From Nanobdellota archaeon (lineage in GTDB: Archaea; Nanobdellota; Nanobdellia; Pacearchaeales; GW2011-AR1), in the NCBI GenBank assembly GCA_038045945.1, contig JBBSXC010000004.1, forward strand, positions 128,001 to 192,000: DNA of 64,000 nucleotides. Reading direction: 5' to 3'. The notes under the pieces are model-generated. The model was not told where the DNA came from and made no database searches. It worked only from the letters and a program-made list of their open reading frames with translations. Positions 59,031 to 64,000 of the stretch are shown piece by piece. Each line of letters opens with the position of its first letter. Within the stretch, counting starts at the first letter, position 1. A program made the translations under genes and the position numbers.

Positions 59031-59031
59031 C

Positions 59032-59211
59032 TTATTTATACGAATAATTCCTAACTAGCTTACTAACACCAATAGCTAAGAACGAAAGAGCAACGACCCA
59101 ATCAACCCATAGAGCTGTAAAGACACTAAGGGCAGAAGAAAGGTAAGCACCCATTCTTAACGTTAATAAAAGTCCAATAAGTGTAACGAGCCAAGCAGTA
59201 AGTTTTGCCAT
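59032..59211 (-). CDS. Small two-TM membrane protein (59 aa)
   Basis: MAKLTAWLVTLIGLLL...KLVRNYSYK; G-rich SD-like and TTTATATA upstream; stop abuts the next ATG. Confidence 0.65.
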   Translation of the reverse strand: MAKLTAWLVTLIGLLLTLRMGAYLSSALSVFTALWVDWVVALSFLAIGVSKLVRNYSYK

Positions 59212-59389
59212 AATTATAACCCCCTTTAGAAAATAGAAAGGAAACGAAATTATATAAACCTATCGTGAAAGGGTAAAGATATGACGATAAAGTATGAGAA
59301 ATCCATTAAAACGAAGATGGCCAAAAGATTAAAAATTACTAACGCAAACTACCTAAAAATTTAACAACATCTGCAAGACCTATCGAGGC

Positions 59390-59491
59390 TGTTTAAGGGT
59401 GTTTAGAGGTGTTTAAACAGCTGTTTGTTGGAATAAAATACAGTTTAGAGGTGTTTAAACAGCTGTTTGTTGGATTCATTCCAACAGATAA
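59390..59491. repeat. Intergenic composite repeat element
   Basis: Exact 32-bp direct repeat GTTTAGAGGTGTTTAAACAGCTGTTTGTTGGA at 59401 and 59443; palindromes TGTTTAAACA and AAACAGCTGTTT; inverted repeat TGTTGGA-N5-TCCAACA at 59468-59486. Confidence 0.85.
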
Positions 59492-59611
59492 TTAGCATTC
59501 ACAGAGACGAGAGACAAAATAAGAAAATAAAAGTTAAGAAAGAGCATTTCTGCCGTCGAGAAAGAATCTACTCAGAAAACATTTAAATAGTCTTTTTTGC
59601 AATAAAATAAC

Positions 59612-60235
59612 ATGTTTGATTGGATTTTTGGAAAGAAAAAAGAGGTAGAAAAGGTTAGGACAGACACAAAGAAAGCCTTTGAAGGGGTAAAGGAAGATAT
59701 AAGCAGCATTTCTAAATGGCTTGAACACCTTAAACAGGCAGACGAACAAGGAAAAAAGCGTTTTGATGATATAGATGAGAGATTATCCTCGATAGAATCA
59801 GACTTAAACACTATAAAAAATTTTGCGCTAGGTGGAAAAAACAAACAGCCGTTTAAACAGCAAACAGCTGTTCAAGGCAAACAAACAGTTGTTTATGGTG
59901 TTCAAACAGGTGTTCAAACAGGTGTTCAAACAGGTGAAAGTAGCGAATTATTGGTAAGGAACTTATCAGTTATGGAAAGGGCATTAGTATATGTTTTAAT
60001 GAATAGTGAAATGAAACTGAGCTATGATGACCTGGGAGCGATGCTTGGAAAGACGAGAGCAACTATCAGAGGCCAAATAAACAGCATAAAGCAGAAAAGT
60101 GAGGGAGTATTAGAGGAGATTATAGAGAAAAATGGTAAAAAAAGAGTGTTTATACCTGAGGAAGTAAAGGAAATACTGCTCAAAGACGCAAAAGTGAGAG
60201 TTAAGAAGGACAAAAAAGAGAAGAAAAATGAGTAA
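59612..60235 (+). CDS. Coiled-coil / repeat linker / winged-helix DNA-binding protein A
   Basis: N-terminal heptads, GVQT repeats, LS.MER.L...LSY..L...LGK..ATIRGQINSIK.K wHTH. Confidence 0.75.
   Translation: MFDWIFGKKKEVEKVRTDTKKAFEGVKEDISSISKWLEHLKQADEQGKKRFDDIDERLSSIESDLNTIKNFALGGKNKQPFKQQTAVQGKQTVVYGVQTGVQTGVQTGESSELLVRNLSVMERALVYVLMNSEMKLSYDDLGAMLGKTRATIRGQINSIKQKSEGVLEEIIEKNGKKRVFIPEEVKEILLKDAKVRVKKDKKEKKNE
59897..59936 (+). repeat. In-gene tandem 12-mer GGTGTTCAAACA x3
   Basis: Three identical copies plus a partial copy. Confidence 0.85.
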
Positions 60236-60505
60236 AATGAGCTTAAAAAGATCATAAAGTGAGAGTTAATACGTAAGACATGCTAAAAACATCATGTCTA
60301 GCAGGATGAGAGAAAAAAGATACGTAAAAAGTAAGAGTTGAGCAAAAAATACAGCAAAAAGAGAGAGTAAAGATAAAAAGCCTTAAAAATAACTCTATAA
60401 GGCCTATAAAAACAGAAAGTAGCTATAGCGCTACCATGTTAATCGTTATACAGAATAAAGGAAATTTTAGATTTTTAGTCCTTAAAAGGGTTAAAAATAA
60501 GGTTT

Positions 60506-61333
60506 TTAGAGCTCAATAAGCTTTAAAATGGTGTCTAAGGTAGCTATCTTTTTGAGATCTGGAGATATCCTGAGAATAACTTTCTTATTATTTATCTTTT
60601 CTTTGTCTATGGGTATACCTTTAGCGACGATCTTCCCTATATAGTCCCTTATAGAGCTCTCAGAAAGACCTAATCTTACGGCTATAAGCCTATAATCCGC
60701 ATCTTCGCCCTTTTCCTCCAAGGAATAGAGTAAAGAGAAGACTTGAAACTCCATTGGTGTTAATTGTTTAAACTTGCGCCTAATTTCCTTCTTAATACCG
60801 TCGAGAGTGTCAAGAACCCTCAAGGCTTCATCAAAGTCGTTTGCTTTACTAGTTTGAGAGTTAAGAGAGTATGAAGAGGGTAAAACCAGGCTGGGATTGT
60901 CTGTTGGTCTGTCTGTTGGTCTGTCTGTTGGAACCCCCCTATTTCCACTGGAAATAGCCATATTTTGACCTTTTAGAGCCTCTAAAGAGGGCATATGTGT
61001 TGGAGTTTGTGGTTGAAATGTTGCATTTTGAAGGTTATCTGTTGGATTATGTGTTGGAACGACTGCTACAGGGGGCAAAGGGGCTGTTTTTGCTTCTTGA
61101 GAAACGTTTTTCATCTCTTTTATTGCGCGATCTATTGACTCACTAATGCTTTTTTCAGTGTGGTCTAACTTTTCAGAGAATAATTCTTTTATGTGAGCTA
61201 TAGAAAAAGCTATTTTATCATCAGTTGATATCCTTAAAGAGTTAATCTCTGCGTTTAGTGCGTAAAATTCTTTTGACAGTTGGGTAATATCATCTCTTAC
61301 TTTATCAAACGCCTCTTTGATTCTCGGATCCAT
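60506..61333 (-). CDS. Coiled-coil / repeat linker / winged-helix DNA-binding protein B
   Basis: N-terminal heptads, PTDR repeats, LT..EFQVF...Y..IA..LGLSESSIRDYI.KI..KG wHTH. Confidence 0.75.
   Translation of the reverse strand: MDPRIKEAFDKVRDDITQLSKEFYALNAEINSLRISTDDKIAFSIAHIKELFSEKLDHTEKSISESIDRAIKEMKNVSQEAKTAPLPPVAVVPTHNPTDNLQNATFQPQTPTHMPSLEALKGQNMAISSGNRGVPTDRPTDRPTDNPSLVLPSSYSLNSQTSKANDFDEALRVLDTLDGIKKEIRRKFKQLTPMEFQVFSLLYSLEEKGEDADYRLIAVRLGLSESSIRDYIGKIVAKGIPIDKEKINNKKVILRISPDLKKIATLDTILKLIEL
60898..60957 (-). repeat. In-gene tandem 12-mer x3 plus ORB-like palindrome with G-string
   Basis: Plus strand TGTCTGTTGGTC x2 + TGTCTGTTGGAA, then C6 and CTATTTCCA-C-TGGAAATAG. Confidence 0.8.
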
Positions 61334-61387
61334 AATTACTAGTCATTATAAAACGTTAATAAAGATTTGTGGTCTAGAGAAAAGTAT

Positions 61388-61660
61388 TTATGAAGAAACA
61401 TTCTTGTAAGCTTTATGGGCTTTAGACGTCAGCGACCACCTTATTCTACGTATATACACATCACCGTCTGAATTCTTTCTTATCGGTCTCACTAAACCCT
61501 TATTTTCAAGCTCGATTAGCAAGGACTTAATAAACTCTTCATCTCTAGCTTCTTCACGACTTATCTGAGCAGTAAACATCGCTTGAGGATATTTGTGGAA
61601 CAACAACGAAAGAATGTTAGACATAATCTTATCCCTCTTTTCTTTAGAAAGCTTACTCAT
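61388..61660 (-). CDS. Small winged-helix-like protein
   Basis: IL..L...P..MFT..I..E.ARDEEF...LL.ELE.KGLV...RW.LT pattern; start moved to ATG 61660. Confidence 0.65.
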   Translation of the reverse strand: MSKLSKEKRDKIMSNILSLLFHKYPQAMFTAQISREEARDEEFIKSLLIELENKGLVRPIRKNSDGDVYIRRIRWSLTSKAHKAYKNVSS

Positions 61661-61730
61661 AAAAAGAAGAAAGAATGGGGTATTTTTATACCTTGTGATA
61701 AGAAAAAGACAAATACTTAGCAAAAAATTA

Positions 61731-62246
61731 TTATTCTCTCTTATTAATAACCAAGCCAAGGGTGTTAGAGACCTTCTGGGCTAACTGTCCCCCAGATTCG
61801 GAGAACTTCCAATAAAATAGAACGGGCTTTTCATTTGTTCGCACCATGAATTTTCTTAGTGAAGAGATACTAGCCTTGAGAGCTAAGCCCTTACCTCTAA
61901 AAGGTCCCTTAATTACTGCAACACACATGTAAACAGAATCGTAACTTATACGACTACTTTTTATCAGTTCAAGAAGCTCAGATTCTGTAATAAAATTATT
62001 ACAGAACCGTTCCATGAGTTCTAATGAGCAAGGAAACATATTTACACAACCAATAACTACCCCATCACTCTTAATAATATTAAAAAGTTCAGGAGCATTC
62101 TTTGAAGACCAACTGTCTTTTCCAGGATGAGTCTGAGCTTGATAAGGGTCAGCAGCAGTATTAAAGTACTCTTTGATAAGTGACCGGGCGGAGTCCTGAT
62201 CTTTTATAGAAAGAGCATCATTAGAATCCGAAGAGAAAGTGATCAT
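61731..62246 (-). CDS. Hypothetical GNAT-like protein
   Basis: VAVI...FRGKGLA acetyl-CoA-binding-like motif. Confidence 0.5.
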   Translation of the reverse strand: MITFSSDSNDALSIKDQDSARSLIKEYFNTAADPYQAQTHPGKDSWSSKNAPELFNIIKSDGVVIGCVNMFPCSLELMERFCNNFITESELLELIKSSRISYDSVYMCVAVIKGPFRGKGLALKASISSLRKFMVRTNEKPVLFYWKFSESGGQLAQKVSNTLGLVINKRE

Positions 62247-62278
62247 TACACAAGAACCAAAGCCATTTTATTTAAACC

Positions 62279-62857
62279 TTACTTTTTTTGCTGTTTATTA
62301 GGATTATTGTTGTGCTTGTTAGGATTTTGATTACTACTCTGTTTGTTTTGAGATTGGCCATTGTTCTGCTTATTAGAATTTTGGTTATTGTTCTGCTTAT
62401 TAGAGTTAGGGGTCTGACTAGCAGAAGGTTGATTACTGGAAACTACAGCCTCATCTACCTGACCTCTAAACTGAGGAATTTGAATATGCTTAGGAAGATT
62501 AAAGTCCTCTTCAAATTGCATAGCCTTAACAGTGCAACGAGCCATAATAAAGTTAAATAAAGGAACCCTAACAAGATCAGGAATTTTCTTATCATTCCAA
62601 CGCTTAAGAATATCAGCAGCTGACTTCTTATCAAGAGCAACAAGAATGTTACCATTAAAAGAAATCTTAGCTATATCCTTATCATAAGAAATTCTAAACT
62701 CAAAACTGAAATTAAGAGCCTCTTCATCTTTAATAAAATCAACCTTGATTTGCTGAATATCCTTAATGTTGATACCATTACTAACATTAAAGTTAGCATT
62801 AGGCTCGGAAAGCTTCTCAGCAAACTGCTTGGTTAAACCAAAACTAATAACTCTCAT
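62279..62857 (-). CDS. Conserved archaeal hypothetical protein (possibly SecB-like fold) with N/Q-rich tail
   Basis: F.F...Y...A.I...G.I, and NLP.H...P pattern; low-complexity C-terminus. Confidence 0.6.
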   Translation of the reverse strand: MRVISFGLTKQFAEKLSEPNANFNVSNGINIKDIQQIKVDFIKDEEALNFSFEFRISYDKDIAKISFNGNILVALDKKSAADILKRWNDKKIPDLVRVPLFNFIMARCTVKAMQFEEDFNLPKHIQIPQFRGQVDEAVVSSNQPSASQTPNSNKQNNNQNSNKQNNGQSQNKQSSNQNPNKHNNNPNKQQKK

Positions 62858-63033
62858 AAAAGAAAGTAGAAAAGTTGCTTTTTAAACTTTCGGATTCCAC
62901 AGTATATGAATCAAAAAGTATCAAAGCCCAAAAAGAGCAAAAGATTGGAAAAATTAGGAATAAACCTTAAACTAGTTAGAAAACAAAGGGAGAACCTAAT
63001 GAGAAGTACAAATAAAGATTTTAATCAGCATAA

Positions 63034-63294
63034 CTAAATTAAGTCTTCTTCAGAAACAACAACAAAATCGCCAACAGCAATAATGGAGTTGTAAGGAACT
63101 AAGGCTTCCTTAAGTTGAGTTGACTCAAGATTAAGATTCTTAATGTAAGGAGTAGGATCTTTAACAACAAGATGTATTAATTCACCAGTTCTTGTTTCAA
63201 AGGTAATATCCTTAACCATACCAAGCCTCTTACCCTCTTTTGTCACAATCAGTTTACCAAGAATGGCACTGAAAGGTTTCTTATCAATTGTCAT
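63034..63294 (-). CDS. PRC-barrel domain protein (CdpB-like)
   Basis: GK.IVT.EG..LG.V.DI.F...TG.L, VPY..I.AVGDFVVV. Confidence 0.85.
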   Translation of the reverse strand: MTIDKKPFSAILGKLIVTKEGKRLGMVKDITFETRTGELIHLVVKDPTPYIKNLNLESTQLKEALVPYNSIIAVGDFVVVSEEDLI

Positions 63295-63643
63295 GAAGAG
63301 TACAAATAAAAATTCTTTATAAACTTTTCTACAGTGGATAGATATAATAAACTAAGACAAATCATCGAGTAATAATACAAAAAATCATTGAAAACCAACG
63401 ATAATAAGACATATTTAGCATTCAATGAAAAAACAAAAATAATAACTTTCTAATTTATGAGTAATAATATAACAGTTAAAGAATTAAGAAAGAAAAACAG
63501 ACTAAAATATACAATTAAGAGAAGAAACAAGAGCAAAACATAAAAATAATAAGATTATTATCACTACAATAAGGAAAAGTAGTACCTAAATACTGGTTTT
63601 AGGGCTTAAAGATCCTAAAATTAAGAAGAATAAGACTTATTAG

Positions 63644-63923
63644 ACCCCCACTCCTACGTTTCTTGTGGAAACATTTAAAAAAGAAAAATATTTTATTGGT
63701 TTCTTATTATTCATTTATAAATATTTATATTATATAATATATATAATATAATACTATTAATTACAAAGGTTCTTTTCATATGATTTTTACTCATTAATTC
63801 TCCATAGGAAAATAAGGTTAGCTTTATTTGTTCTTTTTATCGAATACAAACACAAAAACATGAGGTTTTCGATGATAAATTTTGCTACTAGAGAGTTTCC
63901 ATAGGAAATGATGGTGTGAGGGT
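63644..63923. other. Probable replication origin (oriC)
   Basis: Inverted ORB-like 29-mers: minus strand 63644-72 GTTTCCACAAGAAACGTAGGAGTGGGGGT and plus strand 63895-923 GTTTCCATAGGAAATGATGGTGTGAGGGT (22/29 identical). Mini-box CTCCATAGGAAA at 63800. 41-bp A/T-only tract at 63713-63753. Confidence 0.72.
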
Positions 63924-63947
63924 TATAGTGCTTTTAAGTATCTAAAG

Positions 63948-64000
63948 TTTTATAAAAGAAATAAAATGATAATATTATAGGTGATAAAAAAGATGGTTGA
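63948..64000 (+). promoter_or_regulatory. Promoter, SD and start codon of the next gene (outside the window)
   Basis: TTTATAAA at 63948, AGGTGA at 63979, ATG at 63993. Confidence 0.55.

Noticed and set aside
59401-59474. 32-bp direct repeat as a mini CRISPR array
   Set aside because: Only two copies, separated by 10 bp; no spacer-length gap and no cas genes in the window.
62282-62430. N/Q-rich repeats at the end of the 62279-62857 gene
   Set aside because: Low-complexity protein tail with degenerate codons and no matching non-coding copies.
270-62655. Many Leu/Ile/Phe-rich 60-195 aa ORFs overlapping real genes
   Set aside because: These are shadow frames produced by the strong strand and codon bias.
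63458-63544. 28-aa basic ORF (MSNNITVKELRKKNR...)
   Set aside because: Expected by chance in A-rich origin-flanking DNA; no other support.

Overview
Chromosomal segment of a small-genome archaeon. Archaeal ribosomal proteins and RNA polymerase subunits, AglB, XerA, NucS and an unlinked 5S rRNA, together with the overall gene set, suggest DPANN and probably Pacearchaeota (inference). 1-2.6 kb: tpiA (partial), class I aldolase, SpoIIM-like protein. 2.7-38 kb: a large surface-glycosylation region with AglB, an AglH-like transferase, two flippases, GtrA, many GT2/GT4/GT9/GT-C enzymes, methyltransferases, QueC, a B12-radical SAM enzyme, and a nucleotidyltransferase/class II aldolase/kinase-fusion block. 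38-49 kb: secDF, five structural RNAs (including an unusual A34 tRNA-Leu(AAG)) and a ribosomal protein/RNAP cluster. 49-59 kb: xerA, tRNA-Ala, thrS, nucS and small accessory genes punctuated by a co-oriented TTGTACAAACTC motif. 59-64 kb: two convergent coiled-coil/winged-helix genes that carry DNA-level 12-bp repeats (and an ORB-like palindrome) inside their reading frames, with the same motifs in an upstream intergenic element. These are followed by a PRC-barrel gene and a probable replication origin (inverted ORB-like boxes around an A/T-only tract). All calls come from reading the sequence by eye; no database searches were run.
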